Shown: positions 32,575 through 42,734, numbered from the stretch's first letter. The stretch: DNA of 64,000 nucleotides from an uncultured Acidobacteriota bacterium (GCA_963804995.1 CAWDSK010000005.1:1216001-1280000), one strand, 5' to 3'. The notes: generated from the sequence alone by a model not told the origin. Program-made: numbers and translations.

Positions 32575-33415
32575 AGAGCTCGCAGAGTTACTCGCAGAAC
32601 GGTTGGCACCAAACGGAGTACCCGATTTACCTTTCATCGCAGGTCAAATCGGCCTTCGGATTAGGGAAGTTGAAGCGGATGGCTTCGATGGTACGCTGGT
32701 GCGAGCGCAGGACGCTGCGAAAGGAATCATCGCGGTCAACTCCGCGATCCGTGAGTACACTCGCAAGCGATTTACCATCGGGCACGAAATCGGTCACTAT
32801 CTGATTCCGCATCACCGGGGGCTGCAGAACGTCTGCCGGTCCGACGACATCGAGCGATGGCATTCCGCCATTGCTACAACTGAGCGAGAAGCTAACCAGT
32901 TCTCGGCAGAGTTGCTCCTCCCTCGTAGGGTGGTCAGTCCTCGCCTCGGCTTAGATAATCCGTCGCTTCGGAGGATTAGCGAAGTTGCTCGCGAATTTTC
33001 AACCAGCCTATCTGCCACGATTTATCGGTATCTGGACCTTACTGAGCTGGCGTGCTGCATGGTTTGGAGCGAAAGCGGTCGAGCGAAGTGGTACGTACAT
33101 AGTGACAGCTTTTCGCTTCCCTTGCCCATCCAAGAACTGCCTTCGGCGGGATCTTGGGCCGCGAAACTATTTGCGGACCAACCAGTGCCCAATGATCTGG
33201 TAGAGGTTCCTTCCGACGCTTGGTTAAATCGGTGGGACACGAGCAGAGTCAGCCGGGTTCTCGAGCACTCCATTCCTCTTCCGTCGTACGGTGCCGTTAT
33301 ATCATTTCTGGAATTGGAGTTAGAGGCTTCGGAAAACCGCGAAGAAGAGGATGAAGCGCTCTTGCAGGAGTTGGACCCAAACAGATTCGACAGTCGCTCG
33401 CGGCGCAATCGCTGA
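32561..33415 (+). CDS. ImmA/IrrE (CapP-like) zinc metallopeptidase
   Basis: GFDGTL, RKRFTIGHEIGH (HExxH), EREANQFSAELLLP, F.TSLSA and a C-terminal GAF-like region. RBS AAGGAGG favours GTG 32561. Confidence 0.92.
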   Translation: MNAVEELAELLAERLAPNGVPDLPFIAGQIGLRIREVEADGFDGTLVRAQDAAKGIIAVNSAIREYTRKRFTIGHEIGHYLIPHHRGLQNVCRSDDIERWHSAIATTEREANQFSAELLLPRRVVSPRLGLDNPSLRRISEVAREFSTSLSATIYRYLDLTELACCMVWSESGRAKWYVHSDSFSLPLPIQELPSAGSWAAKLFADQPVPNDLVEVPSDAWLNRWDTSRVSRVLEHSIPLPSYGAVISFLELELEASENREEEDEALLQELDPNRFDSRSRRNR

Positions 33416-33560
33416 TATTGCGGTACTTGGAACGGCTTGTCGACGGGGTGGCTGGCGCAGATCGAGCGCAGATCTGCGCCAGCCACCCCGACTCGTTCGA
33501 CTTGCACCAAATCGCACGGCTTCGCTCGCCATGCGCCAGCCTGCCATTGCCCAGCCACAG

Positions 33561-34649
33561 TTATACTCTACAAATGCTGGAATGCGTGAAGGCCCCGTGC
33601 AAAACACTCGCTACCGCAGCAGCTTTTGCCCATGCACTCTGATTTCTATCAAGCCTGAGGTCACAATATGATTGGGGTGGCCTCAAATCCGCTTGAAGTC
33701 CCAGCAGATACGAAATCTGTGAAATGGAAACAGGCTCTTTGTAAGGGAAAACGTTATCCAGTTCGATTGCGTTAACTTCTGCAGACTGACCTACGTAGGC
33801 CGAAAACTCGTCGCGAGTACATCCTAGACCTGCATGGAATCTCGTCCATATGGCCTCTGGAGTACCCTTGGTGATTGAGCACACGGTGGCTTCACCAACG
33901 AGCGCCTTTTGAGGGGTGGAGGAGTACAGCACCACCTTACAGCCAATCCATTTTTCCGAAAACTTCTTTCGGATTTCAACCATTTTGGAGCCGGAAAGGA
34001 TACGCTCCGCATACTGAGGTTTCATACTAACCAATAAGTCGCCTCCGAGAGAGTACCCACTCACATTGAATTTCCTCGCCAGCGCCGGCAGACGTTCTAA
34101 AGCGGCAAGGCGCACAAGCTTATGAGGCGCCGAACATATCAACTCGTCTTCCCCAGTGCGATATTGTCTCTCCGACTTGGCTGGCTGCATGAATCCGAAA
34201 GATTGGAAAAAGCTCGCTCTTGTCTCCCACAGGCTTTCTGGAAGAGTGAAGTGAATCTCCTTCGCGATATGCCTTGTCTCCAGAGTCATTTGGGTGAAGA
34301 AGAGCTGTCCGAGGTCCATATCTTGAAAATCGCGCTTGATTCGTAGATGGCAAAACTTTGCCTCTTTGCCTATCTTCAGAATCGCAGTCGCGATCGGCTC
34401 TTCGCCTTCGTATGCCACCCAGGCGGCTCGCTCAGAGGTTATTAGACCCGGAACAACCTTCTCTCGCAGCCACCGGTGAATGCCCGGATACATATCTTCG
34501 CTGGCGCCGACAAGGTTCATGAGTGTTTTTAGCTGGTCCGAATTAAGCCGAGCATCCGCCTTTCCCAGCTTCACGATCCTGAAATTTGCCGCCAGTGGAA
34601 ATAACGAATCGGATCGCTCATTTAATCGCTGCTTCAATATTGCCATCAT
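33561..34649 (-). CDS. GNAT acetyltransferase + ASCH (PUA-like) domain fusion
   Basis: YPGI.RWL..KV, IATAILK, KFCHLRI...FQDMDLG (GNAT); SMKPQYAERILSGSKMVEIRK...LYSSTP (ASCH GxKxxExR). Confidence 0.8.
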   Translation of the reverse strand: MMAILKQRLNERSDSLFPLAANFRIVKLGKADARLNSDQLKTLMNLVGASEDMYPGIHRWLREKVVPGLITSERAAWVAYEGEEPIATAILKIGKEAKFCHLRIKRDFQDMDLGQLFFTQMTLETRHIAKEIHFTLPESLWETRASFFQSFGFMQPAKSERQYRTGEDELICSAPHKLVRLAALERLPALARKFNVSGYSLGGDLLVSMKPQYAERILSGSKMVEIRKKFSEKWIGCKVVLYSSTPQKALVGEATVCSITKGTPEAIWTRFHAGLGCTRDEFSAYVGQSAEVNAIELDNVFPYKEPVSISQISYLLGLQADLRPPQSYCDLRLDRNQSAWAKAAAVASVLHGAFTHSSICRV

Positions 34650-34662
34650 TACCTCTCAGACG

Positions 34663-35841
34663 TTAAGTCCAATTTGCAAAGAAGTTCGAAAGCTTGAGAT
34701 CCTGGCTTCCGTAACCCTTTGCTTCTTCCTTTTGCTCTTCTTCGTTCAGTGTTGGTGCATCCTCTGACATCCGATAAAATATGAGATTAGCCATTTTCTC
34801 GCCGTTTGCAAGGCTAACCGGAACCTGATGGCCACGCACCTCAAATATCAGAGGAGTTCCCTTCTTTCCGTCCTCTCGGTAAAGACCGAAGTGGGGATGC
34901 ACGAAACCCGCATAGTGAATCCGCATCTCTCCCATTGTTTCATCGCTGGCGCGGCAATAGATCGCGATGCCTTTCGGCACGTGTAGCTTCTCCCTTGATC
35001 TCAATATGTAGAAAATGTCAGGCTCAATAACCAAGCGACTGTTTTTATCTACATGCTCAATGTCCCAATACGCGCTGGGGTCGGTCTTCTCATCCTGCTT
35101 CCAGAGTGGAACCGGACCGCGTATATCATTTGGAGCATCTACTCGCCTCGAACGAAATGCAACTCCCCGAATCGCGACTCCTTCAGAATCACCTATCGTA
35201 GCATTAGCCAGATTTACGGTCAGGCTTTCATTTCTGTGGCCGGTATCACGAAAAATAGTGTTAAACAATTCCGTTCCTCGAACGATTAGGTCATCGGGTT
35301 TGCCGTAGAAAAACCGAAGCTGACTAAGCGAGGTATTTGTCTTGACCCTTACATCAAACGTTATCGGGGTGATTTCGAGAAACATGTCCCCGGAGCCTTT
35401 TGATACGCGTGTGTCAAAGCATTCGTACGTCTCCATCCCGTCCACTATAAGGCGGGCAAGAACGTCCACGCGCCCGACTGAACTCTTGGCAGTCGCTTGT
35501 CCGTAAATCACCTGTGAGTTGCGCAACCCAGCTTCCAGTCTCTCCTGAAGCCTGAATACATATGTCTTTTGCCGTTTTAGGTCATAAATACCATCAGTGG
35601 GTTTGCGCATTTTCTGTGCAAGCTTATATTTCTCCGTAATGAACCAGCCGTATGGGCTCTGTGACGGTTTCACAGACCCTTCTAACATCTCGTACGCATC
35701 ATCGGCTAGCGAAAGGTCCATAGAGGAGTGGCCAATCTTGGGCCTCGATCCGGCGTGAGTGATGAACCCCTCGTCCACTAGTTTTCCCATTTGGGGTTTA
35801 TTTAATGCTCCCGGTGCCCATTCGTCCCACGGATATCCCAT
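34663..35841 (-). CDS. dcd: 2'-deoxycytidine 5'-triphosphate deaminase (two-domain DCD, dUTPase fold)
   Basis: SSMDLSL, AKSSVGRVDVLARL, LSQLRF, GEMRIHYAGFVHPHFG, FEVRGH, YGSQDLKLS; RBS AAGGAGG. Confidence 0.85.
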   Translation of the reverse strand: MGYPWDEWAPGALNKPQMGKLVDEGFITHAGSRPKIGHSSMDLSLADDAYEMLEGSVKPSQSPYGWFITEKYKLAQKMRKPTDGIYDLKRQKTYVFRLQERLEAGLRNSQVIYGQATAKSSVGRVDVLARLIVDGMETYECFDTRVSKGSGDMFLEITPITFDVRVKTNTSLSQLRFFYGKPDDLIVRGTELFNTIFRDTGHRNESLTVNLANATIGDSEGVAIRGVAFRSRRVDAPNDIRGPVPLWKQDEKTDPSAYWDIEHVDKNSRLVIEPDIFYILRSREKLHVPKGIAIYCRASDETMGEMRIHYAGFVHPHFGLYREDGKKGTPLIFEVRGHQVPVSLANGEKMANLIFYRMSEDAPTLNEEEQKEEAKGYGSQDLKLSNFFANWT

Positions 35842-36334
35842 TGAATTACGATCCCTCCTTGCAGGACTGTAAATCGCTCGGCTCCATAATGGGGCCGACA
35901 CCGAATTGAGACAAGCATCTTTTCGGCACGCATCGCCTAGACACTCCGCCTGACATAAAAATAAGAATATCTGATTCAGAGGGAAAATGGCGAATACAAA
36001 GCGAAACTAAGAATTCAAACTAAAAGTGCCATGTGTACCCAGGAGCTTGTCCCGGACGAGCTTGGGACGACGATTCTGCGTTGCGTCCAATGCTATCAGC
36101 CCAGCCTCGCGGTGTACGGTTTACCGATTCCCCGTCACTTGGTTGTATAGTCGCCAAACCGCTCCTCTGTTGTAGGCACCCGCTTAGAAACGTAGAAATC
36201 TGAACGCAGGCCGAGGATTGAGAGCGAGTCATCCTCATCGCCGCAGGCGGCTTTGGCTTTAAATATCATCGCCGCAGGCGCGTTCGGAGACGGCGGGATT
36301 TGGTAGGATGAGTTCCTGGAGATGTAAGAAGGAG

Positions 36335-36365
36335 AACCCCGGTTGTTTGCCCAACCGGGGTTTTT
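36335..36365 (+). terminator. Intrinsic terminator inside the IS21 left end
   Basis: AACCCCGGTTG-TTTGCC-CAACCGGGGTTTTT. Confidence 0.65.
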
Positions 36366-36460
36366 CATTGGTGGCCCCGGTCAAAGGACCTCCAAGTTCG
36401 TCAGCGAGAGTCATCCTGCCATGATCGTCGCCGGTTGTCCAGTGCCCTCTCTCGAAACCG

Positions 36461-36913
36461 GTGCCGGTTGCTTGTTCCGCTGTTTTTCGCCAGCGCGTGT
36501 GTCACTTTCCTCCCTGTGGCGCGGTGTTTTATCTCTGCCAGCGCTGTGACCGCGGCCAGCGTTATTGCCGTCCCCATTGCCGGGAAAAGTCCCGCCGTCT
36601 CCAGCGCCGCGAGGCTAACCGCCGCTATCAACAAAGTCTCGGCCTGGAGGGGCGCCTCGATCATCGCCAGCGCCAACGCGAGTATCGCCAGCGCTTAAGA
36701 GCTCGCGTGACAGATCAATCTTCCCTTCGTGCTTCCCCCTGTGTGAACCTGACAGCGCCTCCGGCTCCGGAGCCGGCCGAAGCCCCTCCGGCGGCAGTTT
36801 TTTCCCCGGGGTCGGACGCCGAGCACGCGGCGAGCTGGGTCATCTGTCAGATTTGCGGACGCCGGGGGCGTTGGATCAATCCTTTTCCCGAGGTGAAGTA
36901 TGATTGCCGATGA
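36461..36913 (+). CDS. Cys-rich Zn-finger accessory protein of IS21
   Basis: C-x4-C...[14 protein letters not shown], Arg-rich helix, C-terminal CQICG; overlaps the istA start. Confidence 0.65.
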   Translation: MPVACSAVFRQRVCHFPPCGAVFYLCQRCDRGQRYCRPHCREKSRRLQRREANRRYQQSLGLEGRLDHRQRQREYRQRLRARVTDQSSLRASPCVNLTAPPAPEPAEAPPAAVFSPGSDAEHAASWVICQICGRRGRWINPFPEVKYDCR

Positions 36914-38402
36914 ACAAGTCGCTCAAATCCGTCACCTGTTTCACGCCGAGCATTGGAAGATCGGCACGATTGCGGCGGAACTGCACCTGCATCCCGATAC
37001 CGTGCGCGCCGCGCTCGAAACCGATCGCTTCCGTAGCCATCCCCGGCTGCGCGATCGTCTCACCGATCCTTACCTCGACTTCCTGCGCCAGACCTTGCAG
37101 CAATATCCTCGCCTGCGCGCTACCCGCCTCCTGCAGATGATCCGCTCGCGCGGCTACCCCGGCAGCATCAACCAACTCCGCCGTGTTGTGGCCGAACTAC
37201 GCCCGCCCCAGGGTGAAGCTTTTCTTCGTCTGCGCACGTTCCCCGGCGAGCAAGCACAGGCCGATTGGGCCCACTTCGGGGAAGTGACCATCGGTCGCGC
37301 CCGCCGTCGTTTGTCCGGCTTCGTCCTCACCCTCTCCTACAGCCGCGCTTTGTGGCTGGAGTTCTTCCTCGACCAAACCCTGGAGAATTTTCTCCTCGGT
37401 CACGTCCATGCCTTCGCCGATTGGGGTGGGGCCGCCCGAACCGTTTTGACCGACAATCTGCGCAGCGTGGTCTTGGAACGCAGTGGAGAGGCCATCCATT
37501 TCCACCCCCGTTTTCTCGAACTTTCGGCCCACTACCATTTCGCCACTCGGCCCTGCCGTCCTGCCCGGGGCAATGAAAAAGGCCGCGTGGAGCGCGCCAT
37601 TCAATATGTCCGTCACAACTTTTTCGCCGCCCGTCCCTTCACCACCCTGGCCGATTTCAACCGTCAGGCTCTCGACTGGCGCAACCAGGTCGCTCATCAG
37701 CGCCCCTGGCCCGGTGACGACTTCCGCACTGTCGCTCAGGTTTTCGAGGAAGAGAAACCGCGCCTGCTGCCACTTCCTGCCCATCCTTTCTCCTGCGACT
37801 TGACCACCACCGTGCGCGCCGATAAAACCCTCTGGGTCCGCTTCGACCTCAACGACTATTCCGTGCCGCCCCAGGCCTTGGGCCGCACGCTGACCTTGGT
37901 GGCTTCCCCTACCCGCGTGCGCCTCCTCGATGGCGCCACTGAAATCGCTTCCCACCCCCGCTCCTATGACCGGCATGAACTCGTCGACGAACCCGCACAC
38001 CATCAGGCCTTGCGGGAACAAAAACGCAAGGCTTTGGGTTCCACCGCGGGAGGTCGGCTGGCCATCCTGGTCCCGGAAAGCCCGGCCTTTCTTCAAGCCG
38101 CCTTTGAGCGCGGTGAATCCACCGCTCGGCTGACCGTGCAACTTCTCCGCCTGCTCGATGACTATGGGCCTGCGGAACTGAGCGCCACCCTCCGGGAAGC
38201 TCTCGACCGTCACACCCCGCGCCTTTCCTCCGTGGCCTTTATCCTGGCGCGCCGCCATCGCCAACGCCGGCAACGCGCTCCCTTGCCCGTCAATCTCTCC
38301 CGCCGCCCCGATCTGGAAAACTTGACCGTCTCAAATCCTTCTCTGGAGGCTTACGATGAACTCACCCAGGACCCCGACGAAGAACCCGAGCCCGAATCAT
38401 GA
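36900..38402 (+). CDS. istA: IS21 transposase
   Basis: [30 protein letters not shown]. Confidence 0.95.
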   Translation: MIADEQVAQIRHLFHAEHWKIGTIAAELHLHPDTVRAALETDRFRSHPRLRDRLTDPYLDFLRQTLQQYPRLRATRLLQMIRSRGYPGSINQLRRVVAELRPPQGEAFLRLRTFPGEQAQADWAHFGEVTIGRARRRLSGFVLTLSYSRALWLEFFLDQTLENFLLGHVHAFADWGGAARTVLTDNLRSVVLERSGEAIHFHPRFLELSAHYHFATRPCRPARGNEKGRVERAIQYVRHNFFAARPFTTLADFNRQALDWRNQVAHQRPWPGDDFRTVAQVFEEEKPRLLPLPAHPFSCDLTTTVRADKTLWVRFDLNDYSVPPQALGRTLTLVASPTRVRLLDGATEIASHPRSYDRHELVDEPAHHQALREQKRKALGSTAGGRLAILVPESPAFLQAAFERGESTARLTVQLLRLLDDYGPAELSATLREALDRHTPRLSSVAFILARRHRQRRQRAPLPVNLSRRPDLENLTVSNPSLEAYDELTQDPDEEPEPES

Positions 38403-39174
38403 TCTGGCCGCGCAACTGAGCCATATCGGCCTGCTCGTCACCGCCCAAGGTCTGGATGATCTCCTGGCCCGCGCCTCGACTCAGCCCTGGAGTCCCCGCC
38501 AGTTATTGGAAGAAATCGCCCGCTCCGAAACCGAAGACCGGGCTCGCCGCAGCCTTGAACGCCGTCTCGCCCAAGCCCGCCTCGGCCGCTTCAAACCTCT
38601 GGCCGATTTCGATTGGCACTGGCCCAAGAAGATTGACCGCCCCTTAATCGAACGTGCCCTCACCTTGGACTTCCTCGCCTCCGGCCGCAATCTCATCCTC
38701 TGCGGCACGAACGGGCTGGGCAAAACCTTAATTGCCAAAAACATCGCCCATGCCGCCGTGCTCGCCGGCCACTCGGTCCTGTTCCGCACCGCCGCCGATC
38801 TGCTCGCCGATCTCGATGGCGATTCCCCCGGCTTACGTCGCCGTAAGTTCCGCTTCTACGCCCGCCCCACTCTGCTGGTAATTGACGAATGTGGATATCT
38901 GGCTTACGACGCCCACGCCGCCGACCTGCTCTTCGAAGTGATTAACCACCGCTATGAGCGCAATTCTATTCTGCTGACTACCAACAAGGCTTTCAAAGAC
39001 TGGAACACCGTTTTCCCCAACGCCACCTGCATCGCCGCGCTGCTGGATCGCCTCACTCATCATGCCGACGTAACCTTGATTGAAGGCACTTCCTACCGCG
39101 TCCGGGAAAGCGAACTGGAAGCCGCCGCGCACAAGAAAAACTCCGAAAGGAGCCCCCGTGCCCACCGCTCTTGA
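38356..39174 (+). CDS. istB: IS21 helper AAA+ ATPase
   Basis: [29 protein letters not shown]...GTSYR. Confidence 0.95.
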   Translation: MNSPRTPTKNPSPNHDLAAQLSHIGLLVTAQGLDDLLARASTQPWSPRQLLEEIARSETEDRARRSLERRLAQARLGRFKPLADFDWHWPKKIDRPLIERALTLDFLASGRNLILCGTNGLGKTLIAKNIAHAAVLAGHSVLFRTAADLLADLDGDSPGLRRRKFRFYARPTLLVIDECGYLAYDAHAADLLFEVINHRYERNSILLTTNKAFKDWNTVFPNATCIAALLDRLTHHADVTLIEGTSYRVRESELEAAAHKKNSERSPRAHRS

Positions 39175-39505
39175 AACCTATCGCCAAACGTTAATCGATC
39201 TCTATCTCCGCCTGCCCGATACCCCGCGCCGTCTGAGCCGCTTCGACCTGCGTCTGGTCCGCCAACTTTGGCAGCGCCAGATTCCCCTGACGACCGTGGA
39301 AACAGCCTTCTTGTTAGCCTCATCGCGCCGCGCGGCTCGTCGCCCCGACGCCGTGCCCCTCGGACCTATTCGCTCCCTACATTACTTCCTGCCCGTCATC
39401 GAAGAACTGCTCGCCCAGGCGGTCCCTGAGTCTTATCTTGCCTACCTGCGCAGCAAAGTCCCCGTCCACCCCGCAACCGGCAAAACCGCCGCCACCACGG
39501 ACTGA
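39158..39505 (+). CDS. Hypothetical IS21 accessory protein
   Basis: Y..LPDTP.R....[15 protein letters not shown]; lies inside the IS ends, overlapping istB. Confidence 0.6.
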   Translation: MPTALETYRQTLIDLYLRLPDTPRRLSRFDLRLVRQLWQRQIPLTTVETAFLLASSRRAARRPDAVPLGPIRSLHYFLPVIEELLAQAVPESYLAYLRSKVPVHPATGKTAATTD

Positions 39506-39622
39506 CGTTAAACCCCACGCCGCAAAACCGGCCTCTGTTCAAATTTCTACGTTTTTAAATGGGCGCCGACATCTGTCACCCTGCGGGAATCGGGGGCCTG
39601 GCGCGGGGGGAGTTCGCATACA

Positions 39623-39663
39623 AAATGTAGAAACTCCAGCATTCAGCCACTGAGTGGCTGAAT
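39623..39663 (+). repeat. 41-bp inverted repeat, right end of the cassette
   Basis: AAATGTAGAAACTCCAGCATTCAGCCACTGAGTGGCTGAAT; partner of 29035-29075. Confidence 0.85.
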
Positions 39664-39850
39664 TGAGGTGTGGAAGGGCGTTTGCCGTTCCCGGTCCCTC
39701 CGGGACGTGGACATGCCGGCCGGCTGGCGCAGAGCAACGCTCTGCGGTTTGATTTCTCCGTAAGCGTACGGTCAGGGCCGTCTCGACGAATCTAGAATAG
39801 GTGGGCATTCTCCAGATGGACACACTGATGGTGTCCACTTGGAGAAACAG

Positions 39851-40258
39851 ATGGACACTTCCCGTCCCGCAGCGATCGATCCCGTTGCCTCGCGCAAGGC
39901 ACTCCCCGAAAGGAAAAGACAACATCGCAGCCCGGAGCTGAAGCGCCAGATTGTGGAAGAGACCCTGGCACCCGATGCGTCCGTAGCCCGCGTGGCCCGG
40001 GCGCATGGCGTGAACGCCAACCAAGTATTCGCTTGGCGACGGCAGTATCGCCAGGGGATCTTGGAATCTGGGAAAGGGGGGATGCCCGGGTTGCTGGCGG
40101 TGCGTGTGGCGGAAGCGGGGGCGCAGGCGAGAGACGTGCCCATACGCCGAACCCCCTCCGGGACGATTCAGATCGAGCTAGCGAAAGGGCAGTTGCGACT
40201 TAGGGGCGTGGTGGATACGGAAGCCCTGCGCGTGGCCCTGAAAGAGTTGCTGGCATGA
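39851..40258 (+). CDS. tnpA: IS66 TnpA
   Basis: KRQIVEETL..ASVARVARAHGVNANQVFAWRR. Confidence 0.9.
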   Translation: MDTSRPAAIDPVASRKALPERKRQHRSPELKRQIVEETLAPDASVARVARAHGVNANQVFAWRRQYRQGILESGKGGMPGLLAVRVAEAGAQARDVPIRRTPSGTIQIELAKGQLRLRGVVDTEALRVALKELLA

Positions 40259-40602
40259 TCGGCCTGGCGGCGGGGACCCGGATCTGGATCGTGGCGGGCG
40301 TGACGGATATGCGGCGGGGGTTTTTGGGACTGAGCGGAATGGTACAGACGGCCTTGGAGGAGAATCCGTTTTCCGGGCAGGTGTTTGTGTTTCGCGGGCG
40401 GCGTGGTGACCTGATCAAAGTGCTCTGGTGGGATGGCGACGGACTGTGTCTGTTTGCCAAGCGGCTGGAGCGCGGCCGATTCATCTGGCCCCAAGCCAGC
40501 AGTGGGGTGGTCTCCCTGACGCCGGCGCAGCTTGCCATGCTGCTGGAAGGGATCGACTGGCGGCGTCCGGTGCGCAGCTACACGCCGCAGATGGCGGTGT
40601 AA
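40255..40602 (+). CDS. tnpB: IS66 TnpB accessory protein
   Basis: TDMRRGF.GL, FVFRGRRGDLIKVLWWDG. Confidence 0.93.
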   Translation: MIGLAAGTRIWIVAGVTDMRRGFLGLSGMVQTALEENPFSGQVFVFRGRRGDLIKVLWWDGDGLCLFAKRLERGRFIWPQASSGVVSLTPAQLAMLLEGIDWRRPVRSYTPQMAV

Positions 40603-40701
40603 ACCAGAAACGTTTCCTCTTGCGTATTTTGTTTGCAGATATTGCACTTTCGTGCGTTTTCTTCTTGCATATCAAAGAATATCTGGCATACTGTGGGCAC
40701 G

Positions 40702-42306
40702 ATGACGGCGCGCACCACCCTTCCGGATCTCAAGACGCTCAACTCCCAAGCCTTGAAAGCTCTCATCCGCGCCCAACACCGAAGGCTGGCCTCGCAGGAG
40801 GAAGAACTCCACTCCAAAGACGAGCAACTGGCTTGGCGCCAAGCCGAGATCGAACGATTGAAGCTGCTGATTGCCAAGCTGCGGCGGATGCAGTTCGGGC
40901 GTCGGTCGGAAAAGCTGGAACGGCAGATCGAGCAGTTGGAGTTGCAGTTGGACGAGCTGGCCACCGCACAGGCAGAGAAAACGGTTGCTTCTCCGACGGC
41001 GGGGGCTGCCGCGTCGGCGGTGGATATGGGAAAGCCCGTGCGGCGGCTGCTGCCGGCCCATCTGCCGCGCCAGGTGCGGAAAATCCTGCCCCAGGAAGCC
41101 GCCTGTCCGGATTGCGGTGGTGAGTTGAAGGCCTTGGGCGAAGATATCTCCGAGATGCTGGAATACGTTCCGGCCCACTTCCAAGTGATCCGGCAGGTGC
41201 GGCCGAAGCTGGCCTGCTCCCGCTGTGACAAGATTGTGCAGGCCGATGCCCCGAGCCGTCCCATCGCCCGGGGCTTGGCAGGACCGGGGCTCTTGGCGCA
41301 TGTCGTCGTGTCGAAATACTGCGACCACCTCCCTCTGTACCGACAGGAGGAGATTTACGCGCGGGAAGGGGTGGAGCTGGAGCGCACTACGTTGGCGGAC
41401 TGGGTGGGCGGGGCGAGCCGGTTGCTGGCGCCGTTGGTGGAGACGCTGCGGCGTCACGTGATGAGTGCCACGAAACTGCACGCCGACGACACGCCGGTGC
41501 CCGTACTGGAACCCGGCCTGGGAAAAACCAAAACCGGGCGGCTGTGGACGTACGTTCGTGATGACCGGCCGGCCGGAGACCTCACCCCGCCGGCGGTGTG
41601 GTTCGCGTACTCACCCGATCGAAAGGGGGAACATCCCCAAGGTCACTTGCGCCCCTTCGCGGGAACGCTGCAGGCGGATGCCTATGCCGGGTTCGACCCC
41701 CTCTATGAAACGGGACGCATTCGCGAGGCCGCGTGTTGGGCGCATGTCCGAAGAAAGTTCTACGATCTTCAGGTCGCTCATAAGTCGCCGGTTGCCCAAG
41801 AAGCTCTCGAACGGATCGCCGCTCTGTACGCGACTGAGAGAGAGATCCGCGGGCGTCCGCCCAATGAGCGGCGCGAGGTCCGGCAAGCCCGGGCGCGGCC
41901 CCTGCTGGAATCGCTCCACGAGTGGCTCGAAAACTGTCTAACCAAGCTGTCGCAGAAATCCGATACGACGGCAGCGGTGAAGTATGCGCTGGGCCGCTGG
42001 GAGGCGCTGACGCGTTACGCAGAGGATGGTTCCCTGGAGATCGACAACAACGCCGCCGAACGGGCGCTGCGTGCTGTCGCCTTGGGACGCAAGAACTATC
42101 TCTTTGCAGGCTCCGATGCGGGTGGTGAGCGCGCCGCTACCCTCTACAGTCTCATCGGCACCGCGAAACTAAACAGCCTGGATCCGGAGAGCTACCTGCG
42201 CGACGTGCTCTCCCGCATCGCCGACCATCCCATCAACCACATCGAGGAGTTGCTGCCCTGGAACTTCGCCAAACAAGGCGCCGACTTCCGCTCCGACCCC
42301 CAGTAA
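40702..42306 (+). CDS. tnpC: IS66 TnpC DDE transposase
   Basis: FGRRSEK, CPDCG, KYCDHLPLYRQ, HADDTP, DNNAAER. Confidence 0.95.
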   Translation: MTARTTLPDLKTLNSQALKALIRAQHRRLASQEEELHSKDEQLAWRQAEIERLKLLIAKLRRMQFGRRSEKLERQIEQLELQLDELATAQAEKTVASPTAGAAASAVDMGKPVRRLLPAHLPRQVRKILPQEAACPDCGGELKALGEDISEMLEYVPAHFQVIRQVRPKLACSRCDKIVQADAPSRPIARGLAGPGLLAHVVVSKYCDHLPLYRQEEIYAREGVELERTTLADWVGGASRLLAPLVETLRRHVMSATKLHADDTPVPVLEPGLGKTKTGRLWTYVRDDRPAGDLTPPAVWFAYSPDRKGEHPQGHLRPFAGTLQADAYAGFDPLYETGRIREAACWAHVRRKFYDLQVAHKSPVAQEALERIAALYATEREIRGRPPNERREVRQARARPLLESLHEWLENCLTKLSQKSDTTAAVKYALGRWEALTRYAEDGSLEIDNNAAERALRAVALGRKNYLFAGSDAGGERAATLYSLIGTAKLNSLDPESYLRDVLSRIADHPINHIEELLPWNFAKQGADFRSDPQ

Positions 42307-42469
42307 CCTTATCTGAATTCCCAAGTGTCCACCCGGATCTATAAGTGGACACTTACGCTCACACATCAACCTGTCAAGACGGCCAACTTCGGACGCTTAC
42401 CAAATAACGACAAAGTCCGGAACTTATTCAGCGGTAGAAGGTTGAGCCGCACGTCGAAAGATTTACAAT

Positions 42470-42499
42470 TTGCAATCAAGTCCATTTCTTTGTTATAAG
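42470..42499 (+). promoter_or_regulatory. sigma70-type promoter of tRNA-Gly
   Basis: TTGCAA-N18-TATAAG with an extended TG, 15 nt upstream of the tRNA. Confidence 0.6.
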
Positions 42500-42514
42500 T
42501 AGGTGGCATTGCGA

Positions 42515-42589
<75 letters not shown>

Positions 42590-42734
42590 TCCTTTCAACA
42601 ACCAAATCCTCCTTCAAAAGCGAATGCCGTTCGTATCCCCATTAGATGACCGCGAAGGATGTTGTGCCGCGCGGCGGGGCCGCAACCAAAACGAAACTCT
42701 CTTGGTCCTACGTGCCTCTCAAGCTCGCGTCCCC

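Larger units (their letters stand above)
36171..39571 (+). mobile_element. IS21-family element with two accessory ORFs
   Basis: TG...CA ends with about 44-bp imperfect IRs (TGTAGGCACCCGCTTAGAAACGTAGAAAT / TGTCGGCGCCCATTTAAAAACGTAGAAAT); 5-bp TSD TCTGT at 36166-36170 and 39572-39576. Confidence 0.93.
39760..42400 (+). mobile_element. IS66-family element
   Basis: GTAAGCGT...ACGCTTAC termini; tnpA-tnpB-tnpC; flanks do not match (no TSD). Confidence 0.93.

Noticed and set aside
29175..33415. CBASS/Pycsar (E1, E2, JAB, CapP-like genes)
   Set aside because: No CD-NTase, cyclase or effector; a dedicated Ubl is present instead.
34663..35841. Known AvcD-type antiphage dCTP deaminase
   Set aside because: No HAE/PCxxC Zn motif or kinase domain; motifs are of the dUTPase-fold DCD family.
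40255..40602. RNA-guided TnpB nuclease
   Set aside because: This is the unrelated 115-aa IS66 TnpB; no RuvC motifs.
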